Source of the DNA: a virus
Reading direction: 5' to 3' (one strand)
Length of the DNA stretch: 64,000 nucleotides
IMG/VR virus record: IMGVR_UViG_3300013306_000002
Coordinates: 1 to 64,000 of that record
Positions 1-8,761 of the stretch are shown piece by piece (the first letter of the stretch is position 1; every line of letters begins with the position of its first letter). The notes below the pieces were generated by a model. The model did not search any database. It saw only the letters and a program-made list of their open reading frames with translations, and was not told the origin of the DNA. A program made the translations under genes and the position numbers.

Positions 1-233
1 GCGTCGGCGGAACCCACGCCGGATCGCCGCCCGTCCCTCGAGCGGTGGGCGAAATCGGCACGCCGGCTGAGCGCGCAGCCTGGAAACTGCCGGCCTCCGC
101 CCGGAAGGTCGGCACCGGCTTCCTTCCGCAGGGCCGGATCGCCAGCCTGGGCGGTGCCGATGGTTCCTGGGACCCAACCACGCTCATCGCCTACGCGACC
201 ATCGCGTACGTCGCATGGAGGGCACTTCGATGA
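1..233 (+). CDS. 3' part of a small membrane protein (SLGG motif followed by a C-terminal TM helix)
   Basis: Frame open from the window start; ends RIASLGGADG...LIAYATIAYVAWRALR; stop overlaps the next ATG (ATGA). Confidence 0.6.
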   Translation, partial: VGGTHAGSPPVPRAVGEIGTPAERAAWKLPASARKVGTGFLPQGRIASLGGADGSWDPTTLIAYATIAYVAWRALR

Positions 234-967
234 CCTACCTCAGGAAGGCGCCACCGCGCCGCTACGTTAGGCGACGGTCGCTCGGCGACGATATCTACGA
301 TCCGGTCTCGGGGGTCCTTCTCTACAAGGACAATACACAGTCTGAGGCGCCGTCCGTGACACAGGGCTGCCTGAACCAGGCCAACGATGCCACGGCGTCC
401 TTTGACGCCAAGGTGAACGACCTCGCCCAGAACTGGCAACCCACGGGCTTCTACACGGCGAGCGACATCCGGTCGATCGTCGGCTCGGTCATGGCGACGA
501 TCACCCAGGCCCAAGCGCTGATCGACCGGGCAGCGAGCGAACCGAACGCATCCCAGGACAGCGTCATGCGGGCGACGGATGATCTGGCTAACGCGGGTAA
601 GAGAGCGCTCGACTACCTACAGGCCGCAAATCAGGCCGACGCACAAGGGACTCGATCGATCAACGCCGCAGGCTTCAAGCGCTGGGTAACGGACTCGCTG
701 GGTGCGGCGTCGAACGCGATGACCACGGCGATGGTGATCGGTTGCATCACGCCATGGTGGGTCGGCGCGCTGGCCGCGTTTCAGTCGGCATTCGACAGAG
801 CATGGACGGTGGCCAAGGCGGTGATCGGAACCGTGCTCCAGATAGGCGAGGACGCCCTGACCGTCGTGGATCACCTCCAGGACATCTACAACGTGGTGAA
901 GTGGGGCGCCCTGGCCTTCGGTGCCTACTGGCTCTGGACTAAGGTCGTGGAGCCCAAGTTCCGATGA
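230..967 (+). CDS. Putative virion membrane protein with MxY...RR..LGD leader
   Basis: MTYLRKAPPRRYVRRRSLGDD; helical body; C-terminal hydrophobic WGALAFGAYWLW followed by basic residues. Confidence 0.7.
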   Translation: MTYLRKAPPRRYVRRRSLGDDIYDPVSGVLLYKDNTQSEAPSVTQGCLNQANDATASFDAKVNDLAQNWQPTGFYTASDIRSIVGSVMATITQAQALIDRAASEPNASQDSVMRATDDLANAGKRALDYLQAANQADAQGTRSINAAGFKRWVTDSLGAASNAMTTAMVIGCITPWWVGALAAFQSAFDRAWTVAKAVIGTVLQIGEDALTVVDHLQDIYNVVKWGALAFGAYWLWTKVVEPKFR

Positions 968-1518
968 GCCGGCCTGCCTCCAGGGCGTTTCTGAAGGCAC
1001 CGCGCGCGTCGGCTCGCAGAGACGACGCCAAACAAGCGGTGGCCAAATACAGGGAGTTTCACCGCTACGATCCCCAGCAGATCGGCGAGTTTCCGGCGTC
1101 ATTCTGCATCCCGGAGCGGGTGTATCAGGCCGGCGCGATGAAGTTCGTCTGCTATCGCTCGGGAAAAGTCGACCCAGAGACGCTCAAGAAACCGAGCAAG
1201 CCGGTCAACTACATCCACGACCACGACGCGGGCGTGACCTGCTACCTACCCGGGCCAGGGGATGCCGAGGGCCCCGAGGTAGATGTGCCACGCGAGTTCG
1301 TCGACGCCCCAGCTCTGACTCGGTTGGGGCATTGCCTTGGCTTCTGCTACGAGGATCTCGATGGAGAAGAACAAGAGGGCGAGGGGCGAGATCCCCTACC
1401 CGATCTCTACACCACCCCGGACGGGAAGTGCCTCCTGGTCATCCAGTCCAGGAGGACAGTGCTGGCCATGATGTGGGGCGGGGCGCTGGGCGTGTACGCG
1501 CGCGGAATCGATGGATGA
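964..1518 (+). CDS. Hypothetical virion-operon protein
   Basis: ATGA-coupled; globular, with YREFH, YIHDH and WGGALGV..RGIDG segments; function unknown. Confidence 0.65.
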   Translation: MSRPASRAFLKAPRASARRDDAKQAVAKYREFHRYDPQQIGEFPASFCIPERVYQAGAMKFVCYRSGKVDPETLKKPSKPVNYIHDHDAGVTCYLPGPGDAEGPEVDVPREFVDAPALTRLGHCLGFCYEDLDGEEQEGEGRDPLPDLYTTPDGKCLLVIQSRRTVLAMMWGGALGVYARGIDG

Positions 1519-1936
1519 CGCCATGCCTGTTGTCGCCGAGCCCGCCGTCCCCGCCTCGCTGATTCCGCTGCTCATCGCTGCGGTCCTGGCGCTCGCGGGC
1601 GTGATCGCCTACCTGTTCCGCTACTACTCGAAGCGGGCCGAGGATCACAGCAAGGAGCGCGAAAACTGGTCCAGGGAGCGCGAAGCATGGGCGGCGGAGC
1701 GCGTACGGCTCGAGCGCTTCCAGGTGGACCTCCGTGCCGAGTACGAGACGAAGTACCACTCCACCCTCGAGACCCTCTACAAGGAGGCTCGCGAGAACGA
1801 GGCGCTCGCGCGGCGCGAGTATGCCGAGAACATGGAGGGCGTCGCCAAGGCGGCTGAGGCCTCCAACAGCAAGGTTGCTGCGGTCATGGACAAGATCTAT
1901 GACTATCTGATCCGGCCGCGCCGGACCCCACACTGA
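1511..1936 (+). CDS. N-terminal TM plus coiled-coil protein (holin-like or membrane protein)
   Basis: LIPLLIAAVLALAGVIAYLF followed by a charged helical region. Confidence 0.6.
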   Translation: MDDAMPVVAEPAVPASLIPLLIAAVLALAGVIAYLFRYYSKRAEDHSKERENWSREREAWAAERVRLERFQVDLRAEYETKYHSTLETLYKEARENEALARREYAENMEGVAKAAEASNSKVAAVMDKIYDYLIRPRRTPH

Positions 1937-1950
1937 AGGAGATAGCTCAA

Positions 1951-2187
1951 ATGGCACGAAGGAAGTTTCCCGAGGGTAGCGGCATCGTGAATGCGCAGGT
2001 GGAGTCGGCGTGCCTACGGGCGATCGACTCGTGCTTACTCGTGGGCAGATCCGCGGACCGGCTGGGCACCGAGCTCGACCACATGACCCCGCCACCCGGA
2101 TCCGGGATCATCCGGCTTCCAGTGGAGGAGGATGACAGCCTCATGGTGGCGGTGAGAGAGGCCAGAGAGGCGGCCAGTAAGTCATAG
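1951..2187 (+). CDS. Hypothetical protein
   Basis: AAGGAG Shine-Dalgarno upstream; 78 aa. Confidence 0.55.
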   Translation: MARRKFPEGSGIVNAQVESACLRAIDSCLLVGRSADRLGTELDHMTPPPGSGIIRLPVEEDDSLMVAVREAREAASKS

Positions 2188-2337
2188 CGGCGCCAGCGCC
2201 GCCCTTGCGGGCTCCCCTCCGGCGACCTGGGCATCCGGGGCAGCGGGATGCCAGAACAGGCTATCAGAAGGTCCAGCCAACCAGAAATTGCAAATAGGGG
2301 GTTGACTTAAGTTGGGGATGCGCGCGGTGTCGATCTC

Positions 2338-3984
2338 GTGCCCATCCTCTTCGTCAACGGCAGGCGGCGCGGTCTGCGAATCCGTGGCCGCGCGGCGGTG
2401 AGCAATCCGGCGCGGCGACGAGCGCGGCGGGGTCCGCATGGTACGCATCGCCTGCGCCCGACGACCCAGGAAGCCTTCATTCGTCGCCTCGAGAAGGACG
2501 GCTACATGCCGATCGCGGCAAAGGACGCGTGGGAGCGTCGGCAGGCGCGGCGGCGGCGCGGCAAGAAAAACCCCGCCCGCAAACGCCGCCGCCCCCGGTA
2601 CGGCGCGCCCGATCGGCCGCCACATCACAAGCGCAAGGGACGCCAGCCCGCCGCGCTCGCCCGCTACTGGGCGAAGCACGGTACCCGCACTCGGCGGCGC
2701 CACCGCATGCCCAAGGGGCTGAGGAACTACTGGGCGAAGCATCGCAGGAATCCAGCCCGGCGGCGCCGCGCCGGCAACGCCCACCCGTGGGCGGTCAAGA
2801 AACGGCGACGGGCGGCGCTCAAGGGCTGGCGCAGCCGCAAGAACCGCAGCCCCAGGAGCAAGTCAATGGCCAAAGGGTCACGGAAGCGAAGCGCCGCCAT
2901 GAAGCGGTACTGGAGGGCCCGCAAGGCCGCTGGCAAGGCCGGCGCCCTGGGTCGCACCAAGCGTCGGCGCGCGCGCCGCCGTACGGGCAAGCGCCGTGGT
3001 CGCGCCAGGAAGGTGCGTCACAACAAGAAGCGTCGGCGCATGCGCCGGTCGCGCCGTCGTACCGTGCTCGGCGGCGGGCGAACGCGCCGTACCCGCATGC
3101 GGCGCAAGATGACCCGGCGTCGTCGCCGGTCGCGCCGGGCCTCGCGCATGCACATGATGCTGGGCCCGGATGCCGCTACCGCCCGGATGAACCCCGGGCG
3201 TCGGCGCAGGAAGCGGAGGCGGTCGCACCGGCGTGGGTACACCGTGCGGCGCAGGCGGCGGCGTTCGCATCACCGCCGCCGGTCGCACCGGCGCGGGCGC
3301 CGGAGGTCCTACCGCCGGTATCGTCGGAACCCCGGGCTGGGCGACATTTTCAGCGGGATCAGGCGAGTGATCCCGCTTGCCCTGAGCTTCCTGGGCAACC
3401 GGATGGCGGTGAACAAGATCGGTCCGATGCTCCCGGTGGTGTCTTCACTGGGGACACTCCAGGGGCCGGTCCTCTCGCTCGGGTCGATGCTGCTGACGGA
3501 GTTCCTCACCAAGAAGGTGGGCGCGCTGTCGAAGTACCGCGAGGAGGCCGTGATGGGGGCGCGGTTTCAGTTCCTGGCGTCCCTATGGACGGCCTTCGCC
3601 CCGGCCAGCATCCAGTCGGCGGTCGGCGACTACGTCAACATGGGTGACTACGTGGCGGTCGGCGGCGCGCCCCCGCTGAACGACCGGATCACCATGTCCG
3701 ACTATATCGCGGTCGGCAGCGATGGCGTGGAGCAGGATCTGGGCATGGGCGCTGAGGAGGAACTGGGGGTTGACGAGGAACTCGGCAACGTGCTCCTTGG
3801 CGGCATGCCGGGACCGGTCAGCGGGTCCCAGGGCATGCTGAAGCCGGTCCCTTCCCAACAGTTCATCTCGCCCATCCCGGCCCGGTCGTTCACCAAGCCG
3901 ATCCCCGGCGTGACCAACGCGTACGACAACCCCGCGGATCTGTACGCGGGCATCTTCGGCGGGAAGTTCGGCGGCGGGGGCTGA
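2338..3984 (+). CDS. Arg-rich (protamine-like) core protein with NP repeats, fused to a membrane-associated domain and an acidic Gly-rich tail
   Basis: About 330 aa of R/K/H-rich sequence punctuated by SNPARRR, KNPARK, RNPARRR, MNPGRRR and RNPGLGD; the C-terminal domain aligns with 35122..35760; lies directly upstream of the capsid candidate. Confidence 0.7.
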   Translation: MPILFVNGRRRGLRIRGRAAVSNPARRRARRGPHGTHRLRPTTQEAFIRRLEKDGYMPIAAKDAWERRQARRRRGKKNPARKRRRPRYGAPDRPPHHKRKGRQPAALARYWAKHGTRTRRRHRMPKGLRNYWAKHRRNPARRRRAGNAHPWAVKKRRRAALKGWRSRKNRSPRSKSMAKGSRKRSAAMKRYWRARKAAGKAGALGRTKRRRARRRTGKRRGRARKVRHNKKRRRMRRSRRRTVLGGGRTRRTRMRRKMTRRRRRSRRASRMHMMLGPDAATARMNPGRRRRKRRRSHRRGYTVRRRRRRSHHRRRSHRRGRRRSYRRYRRNPGLGDIFSGIRRVIPLALSFLGNRMAVNKIGPMLPVVSSLGTLQGPVLSLGSMLLTEFLTKKVGALSKYREEAVMGARFQFLASLWTAFAPASIQSAVGDYVNMGDYVAVGGAPPLNDRITMSDYIAVGSDGVEQDLGMGAEEELGVDEELGNVLLGGMPGPVSGSQGMLKPVPSQQFISPIPARSFTKPIPGVTNAYDNPADLYAGIFGGKFGGGG

Positions 3985-4018
3985 TCGAAGGCGCGCCGCG
4001 CGGGGCGCCGGTAGGAGA

Positions 4019-4051
4019 CGAGTTCACGAGATCGAACACCGAGTTCACGAG
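4019..4051 (+). promoter_or_regulatory. 12-bp direct repeat CGAGTTCACGAG with 21-bp period upstream of the capsid gene; candidate regulator-binding site
   Basis: Copies at 4019-4030 and 4040-4051; ACCGAGTTC (4038-4046) recurs at 4761-4769, upstream of the next gene. Confidence 0.4.
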
Positions 4052-4133
4052 TTGTGGCTGGCGGTCCCAGCCAGGTTGACAGCGGAAATTCCTCCAACGT
4101 CGCCGAATCAAACGAAACCAAAGGACTCCTTCG

Positions 4134-4709
4134 ATGCCTCGTCTCCACGGATACCGCGAGCGGCTGCACCAGCCGCTGTGGGACACCCTGGTGCGCTCCA
4201 CCGGCGCGCCAGCCAACCCCATCGTGAATAGCACCAAGCTCTTTGGGAACGCCAACATCGGCAACCTGGCGCTGACCAACCTCCAGACCGCCGGCCAGCT
4301 CGCGTCGGATCAGACCTACGTGATCCTGGCGCTGCGCTGCTTCATGTTCTTCGACGGCCCGAACCGTCGCGACAACTACCTGAACGTGACGTCGCAGTTG
4401 TTCTGGACGCTGGTCGTTGGCACAAAGCCAATGTTTCAAGCACCTTGCTGGTACTACCCGGCGGGCGGCGGCGTGTGGGGCTTCGACTCCACCGCGTCGA
4501 TCTTCTCGCACGGCACTCCGGAGCAGGCGTCGATCCTGAAGCTCGCGAGGCCGATCATCGTGCCCGTCCGCCAGAACTTCGCCGCCCAGGCGGACTTCTT
4601 TGCGATCGGCACGACGAGCGCCCTCAACGGCCTCAACGCGGCCGACACCGACGACATTCTGAACATTCTGTTCATGCTCGACGGTTTACAGACTCGCGAC
4701 GTCCAGTAA
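4134..4709 (+). CDS. Candidate major capsid protein (small, beta-rich, single jelly-roll-like)
   Basis: 191 aa with alternating beta-strand patterns; strongly C-ending codons; AAGGA SD; central in the virion operon; paralog at 33969..34715. The fold is inferred. Confidence 0.6.
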   Translation: MPRLHGYRERLHQPLWDTLVRSTGAPANPIVNSTKLFGNANIGNLALTNLQTAGQLASDQTYVILALRCFMFFDGPNRRDNYLNVTSQLFWTLVVGTKPMFQAPCWYYPAGGGVWGFDSTASIFSHGTPEQASILKLARPIIVPVRQNFAAQADFFAIGTTSALNGLNAADTDDILNILFMLDGLQTRDVQ

Positions 4710-4712
4710 AAA

Positions 4713-4831
4713 GGCGGCGCGCCGCCCGACCGGCCCCGACCGGCTCGCCGGGCCCCAATTACCGAGTTCGCCACCGCCAGGGCTTCCCTGGCGAGACACC
4801 CCGGCGTGAGCCGGGCGACACCCCGCAAGGG
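4713..4831 (+). promoter_or_regulatory. Intergenic tandem hairpin array (structured mRNA element)
   Basis: CGCCAGGG-ctt-CCCTGGCG, CCCGGC-gtga-GCCGGG and CCC-gcaa-GGG, separated by AGACAC/CGACAC linkers; two loops are GNRA tetraloops. Confidence 0.55.
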
Positions 4832-4839
4832 AGAGCGAC

Positions 4840-5481
4840 ATGGACTCGAACGCCGCAGCGCTGGTCAGGATCCACAACACTGCCCTCGCCTCACACAAGG
4901 CCGCGATCGCCAATCTCCAGAACACCGTCAACCAGCTCGTCGCGACGGTGAACAGCCTCCAGGCCAGGCCCGACACGGTCTGGGATGAGATCAACAAGAT
5001 TCCCGGCAGGTGGATCGAGTCCACGCTGTCGGGCGAGGTGACGTTCACCATCTCCGATCTGGGCAAGCGAGCAACACCGGTCATCATCACGGTGTCGCAG
5101 GACGGCCCGTTCATCCAGACGCACTACCCCCTGGTCCTCTGGTTCCCCAGCGCACCCGACAACGCCAGCAACTTCGGGCGGTGGCGCCCGGTCGCGACCT
5201 TCCCCCTGCCCGACCAGGTGGTCGACACCGACATCATTGATCTGCAGTACGAGATCGTGGACGGTGGCTCGCAGCGGCAGTTCCAGAACGCGCCGCGCGG
5301 CCCCCTGTTCTCGAGGCCGGACAACGTGGTGCCCCTGCCCTCGCCCGTGCAGTGGGCACCCAACGCCACGCTGAATTTCGTGCCGATCTACCAAGCCATC
5401 ACCTTCAACGGCTCGACCGTCGCACCGACGCAGGGCACGCTTCACGTCGACTTCCCGGGCTTCCGTATCGTCAACCTCTGA
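4840..5481 (+). CDS. Candidate second/minor capsid protein (N-terminal coiled coil plus beta-sandwich)
   Basis: Heptad pattern IANLQNTVNQLVATVNSL, then a beta-rich domain ending LHVDFPGFRIVNL; follows the capsid candidate. Confidence 0.55.
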   Translation: MDSNAAALVRIHNTALASHKAAIANLQNTVNQLVATVNSLQARPDTVWDEINKIPGRWIESTLSGEVTFTISDLGKRATPVIITVSQDGPFIQTHYPLVLWFPSAPDNASNFGRWRPVATFPLPDQVVDTDIIDLQYEIVDGGSQRQFQNAPRGPLFSRPDNVVPLPSPVQWAPNATLNFVPIYQAITFNGSTVAPTQGTLHVDFPGFRIVNL

Positions 5482-6017
5482 TGTCGTACATGGCGCCACG
5501 CGACTTCGCTGCATGGCAGCGCGCGCACGGGCTTAGGCCCTACAGGCGTCGCGGAGCCATGGGCGACGTCGCAGCGGATGTCACGTCGGCTGATCTGGTT
5601 GCTCAGGTGAATCGATTCGGCCCCGGTGCACCCTCGGCCTACCAGTTCGTGACGACCCCCTTCACCGCGCCGGTCGCCGTGTACGGGATCTCGCTCATGC
5701 CGATCGGCGTCGGTCTCGCCACGGTCGCCCTGACGATCTACCAGCGTCGCGCGACCGATGCCTACAACCAGTTCCACGATGCCGGGTCACAGCAGGCCGT
5801 CGCTGCCGCCAACGCTGGCTATGCCGACCCGGTCGCCTTCGTGACATCCCACCTAGCGGAGGTGACCCAGACGCTGCAGGCGTTCGCCGACTCGCTGGGC
5901 ATCCCGCCGGCCACCAGCGCCACGACTGCCGGTTCCGACACCGGACTTTCCACTGGCACGCTGGTCCTGGCAGGCGGACTCCTGGCGGTATGGTGGCTCA
6001 TGGAGCGCAAGCGATGA
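5481..6017 (+). CDS. Virion membrane protein with MSY...RRR..MGD leader
   Basis: MSYMAPR...YRRRGAMGDV; C-terminal TM LVLAGGLLAVWWLM followed by ERKR; TGATG overlap. Confidence 0.7.
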   Translation: MSYMAPRDFAAWQRAHGLRPYRRRGAMGDVAADVTSADLVAQVNRFGPGAPSAYQFVTTPFTAPVAVYGISLMPIGVGLATVALTIYQRRATDAYNQFHDAGSQQAVAAANAGYADPVAFVTSHLAEVTQTLQAFADSLGIPPATSATTAGSDTGLSTGTLVLAGGLLAVWWLMERKR

Positions 6018-6613
6018 CAGGCATCACCGCAGTCGAGGTCCAGAAGGCAGCCGCCGAGCTCGCTCGGATGCGGGGCAGTCTAGCTTCGTGGCTCAAGTAC
6101 CGGACGCTGAACGATCGGGTGCTGGCCGGGACCGCCAGGGTACGGAAACCACTGGCGTACGCGCAGCGCGTTGTGTCGCAGCGGGATATGGCCGTCGAGC
6201 AGGATCTCGCCAGCAAGCTCTCTGCGCTCCTGGCCGCGCTCATGCCGGGACAGACGTTGCCCGTCGCCGATCTGTCGGTCAACCCCGCCGGCGCGGTCCA
6301 GTTGGCCCAGATCGCGCTGGCCGGGCCCTCCATGCTTTCGAGCCCGTCGCCGACCGGCGGCTTCCTGAGTGCAGGTGGGCACCCATGGCTGTGGCCGGTG
6401 CTCATCGTCGGCGGGCTCCTTTTGGTGACCACGACTGCCATCAGAAGCGCGGCGGACGTGGCCAAGGATCAGGAGGAGAAGGCGTGCATTGAGGCCGGGG
6501 CCTGCACGGACTATGGCTTCTGGCTGAAGGCTGGCGGCCTGGCGGCCTTGGCGTGGTTTGCGTGGGAAAAGCTCGGCGTCAAGCAGATCCTCGAGAAGAA
6601 GGGGAGGTCGTGA
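6014..6613 (+). CDS. Membrane protein with two TM segments
   Basis: ATGA-coupled; WLWPVLIVGGLLLV and WLKAGGLAALAWFAW. Confidence 0.65.
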   Translation: MTGITAVEVQKAAAELARMRGSLASWLKYRTLNDRVLAGTARVRKPLAYAQRVVSQRDMAVEQDLASKLSALLAALMPGQTLPVADLSVNPAGAVQLAQIALAGPSMLSSPSPTGGFLSAGGHPWLWPVLIVGGLLLVTTTAIRSAADVAKDQEEKACIEAGACTDYGFWLKAGGLAALAWFAWEKLGVKQILEKKGRS

Positions 6614-6761
6614 TCGAGCCCGCCTGAGGCCGCTCGTCGATGCAAGTCGGCGTGACGAGAGCGACGTGGTGTTCTTTCCTTTCCCCACGTCGAACCTCAA
6701 ACCCCGGAAAAGGCGTCGACCCAGCGACGGGCGACCTCAGGCGGGCTCCACGAAAATACAT

Positions 6762-7091
6762 ATGAGTTACGAGCGTTACCGTAGGCGCCTTCCCTTCCAG
6801 GCCATGGGGGATGTCGTCGGCACCATCGGCACGGTGCTCGACGTCGCCAGCGATCCGGCCATGCCCGAGGTTGTCTGCCGGATCCAGCAGCTCCAGGCCA
6901 TCGACCGGGGCCAGCCGGTAGGTATCTGCGCCGAGACGGCGGCGGGACTCGGGACGCCCTGGATCCAGAACGTCCTCCCCGTGCTGCGCGGCTACGTCTA
7001 CGCTCAGCAGAACAAGTGGGTGTATCCGGTTGCCGTTCTCGCGGCGGTCGGCATCCCGATCTGGATCGGCTACCAACTTGGAAGAAGGTAA
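6762..7091 (+). CDS. Virion membrane protein with MSY..RRR..MGD leader
   Basis: MSYERYRRRLPFQAMGDVV; C-terminal TM followed by GRR. Confidence 0.7.
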   Translation: MSYERYRRRLPFQAMGDVVGTIGTVLDVASDPAMPEVVCRIQQLQAIDRGQPVGICAETAAGLGTPWIQNVLPVLRGYVYAQQNKWVYPVAVLAAVGIPIWIGYQLGRR

Positions 7092-7094
7092 CCC

Positions 7095-7445
7095 ATGAAG
7101 ACTTCAACGCTATTGCTTCTGGGTGGCGCTGCTGCTGCCGGCTACTACTTCTACAAGAAGAACGCGCAGGCCTCGACGGTGGCCTCGACCGCCGCCGTCA
7201 CGGCGGCCACACCGGCATCCTCGGGTACCGACGCATCGGCGGCTGACATCGCCGCGGCAACCGATGCATCCCAGGTCGGGGCCAGCGCCATCGTGCCACC
7301 CGTTGTCATCATCCAGCCTGATGACAGCTACGATTCCTACGGCCCCTGGGGCTGGGGGCCATCGTGGGGCGGTCTCGTCGGCAGGGGCGGGCGGCGCCAT
7401 CATGGCGGCGGTCATCACGGCGGACACCATGGGGGCCACCACTGA
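7095..7445 (+). CDS. N-terminally anchored membrane protein with a Gly/His-rich tail
   Basis: MKTSTLLLLGGAAAAGYYFYKK; ends RRHHGGGHHGGHHGGHH. Confidence 0.65.
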   Translation: MKTSTLLLLGGAAAAGYYFYKKNAQASTVASTAAVTAATPASSGTDASAADIAAATDASQVGASAIVPPVVIIQPDDSYDSYGPWGWGPSWGGLVGRGGRRHHGGGHHGGHHGGHH

Positions 7446-8074
7446 TGTCGTACATGCGGGATCCGGACCGCGCGACGCGCGGCGTGCGGGCCATCGCTTC
7501 GGCCGACAACTCGCCCAGGCGCCAAGCCCAACAGGCGCGACGGATCCAGGCGACCCGGGCCAGAGATCGCGCGATGGCTCGAATCGCGCGAGGCGCCCTG
7601 GGCTTGGTGGCGATGGATCCCGGGGGCGCCGGGGGTGGTGGTGCATCTCCCGGGGCCGGGGCGGGGGGTGGCATCTACAAGATTGGCTTCGACCCCGGGG
7701 CCACGTACAGTTCATTCACGACGTCCGCCAATGTGACGCCGCAGCCGCCTCCCGCATACACCGTATCGGGGGTCGGGTCGGGCGTTGGACCGGCCCCTCG
7801 TCCGCAGCCGATCGATCCAGCGATTCTACCGCCGCCGCGCCCTGTCCCGCCCTCGTCATCTCCGTCCTCTTCGGGAGGCCGGGGCGGGGGCAATGTCGGC
7901 GTGGCCATGGGGCCGGCACCGGTGTCGCCTCCGATCCCGCCCATCCCCGCGCTCGACACGGGCGAACAGGTAGCGACCGCGCCGGCGGGCGATAACACGA
8001 TGCGGAACGTCTTCATCGCGGGCGGCGCCGCACTGGTTGCCTACCTCCTGCTGTTTCGCAAAGGGTCGTCGTGA
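7445..8074 (+). CDS. Pro/Gly-rich virion membrane protein with MSY...RGALG leader
   Basis: MSYMRD...RIARGALG; Pro-rich linker; TM VFIAGGAALVAYLLLF followed by RK. Confidence 0.65.
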   Translation: MSYMRDPDRATRGVRAIASADNSPRRQAQQARRIQATRARDRAMARIARGALGLVAMDPGGAGGGGASPGAGAGGGIYKIGFDPGATYSSFTTSANVTPQPPPAYTVSGVGSGVGPAPRPQPIDPAILPPPRPVPPSSSPSSSGGRGGGNVGVAMGPAPVSPPIPPIPALDTGEQVATAPAGDNTMRNVFIAGGAALVAYLLLFRKGSS

Positions 8075-8319
8075 GCTACGCCATGCGCAAGACGCCGCGA
8101 TCCTCCTTCATGGTCCGCCGTGGGGGCATGGGGGATGTGACGGCCACGGTCTCGTCGTCTGGCATCATGTCGCCCCCGTTTGCGCCTCCGATCGTCCCCA
8201 CCGTGGCCATGCCGCCGTCGTCTGTACCCCAGCCCACGGATGTCTCGTCGGGGTTGACCCGGTACGTGCTTTGGGGCGGCCTCGCCTATCTGGCATACTG
8301 GCTCTGGTCCAAGGAGTGA
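8071..8319 (+). CDS. Small virion membrane protein with SY...RRGGMGD leader
   Basis: GTG start overlapping the upstream stop; C-terminal TM. Confidence 0.65.
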   Translation: MSYAMRKTPRSSFMVRRGGMGDVTATVSSSGIMSPPFAPPIVPTVAMPPSSVPQPTDVSSGLTRYVLWGGLAYLAYWLWSKE

Positions 8320-8323
8320 CCCC

Positions 8324-8749
8324 ATGTACTTCAAGCGCCTTCGCCCTTTGTCCCACCAGATGCCGCGCAATCGTGGCCTCCTCGGCATGGGGGGCTTCTC
8401 GGACTCCACGCAGTGTTCGGAGATTCCCTCGGGCGATCCCTATCGCAAGCCCGGCAACTACTGCGCTACCCCCGACGGGGGCCTGACGACGTTCAACGCG
8501 GACGGGTCCACTTACCGGGCCCCGGGCTATGCGGTCGATCCGGATCCGGCACATCCGGCGGGTAGCAGCGCGATTTCAAGCAGTAGCGGTAGCTTTCTGG
8601 ACAGCCTCACCCGCGCGCTGACCACCGCCATTGCGCCACCAGCGCCACCGGTGGTCGTGCCGGGTCAATCCGGCGGCATGTCCACGACCACGCTGCTCGC
8701 CCTGGCCGGTGCTGGCGTGTTGGCGGCTGTCCTTCTGTCCCGTCGCTGA
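8324..8749 (+). CDS. Virion membrane protein with MYF...RGLLGMGG leader
   Basis: AAGGAG SD; C-terminal TM LLALAGAGVLAAVLL followed by SRR. Confidence 0.65.
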   Translation: MYFKRLRPLSHQMPRNRGLLGMGGFSDSTQCSEIPSGDPYRKPGNYCATPDGGLTTFNADGSTYRAPGYAVDPDPAHPAGSSAISSSSGSFLDSLTRALTTAIAPPAPPVVVPGQSGGMSTTTLLALAGAGVLAAVLLSRR

Positions 8750-8761
8750 AAGGATCTCGCC

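Noticed and set aside
2529-3647. Long alternative-frame ORFs here and at e.g. 42658..43872, 47766..49115 and 60544..61593
   Set aside because: Shadow ORFs expected in high-GC DNA; they overlap better-supported genes and show no motifs
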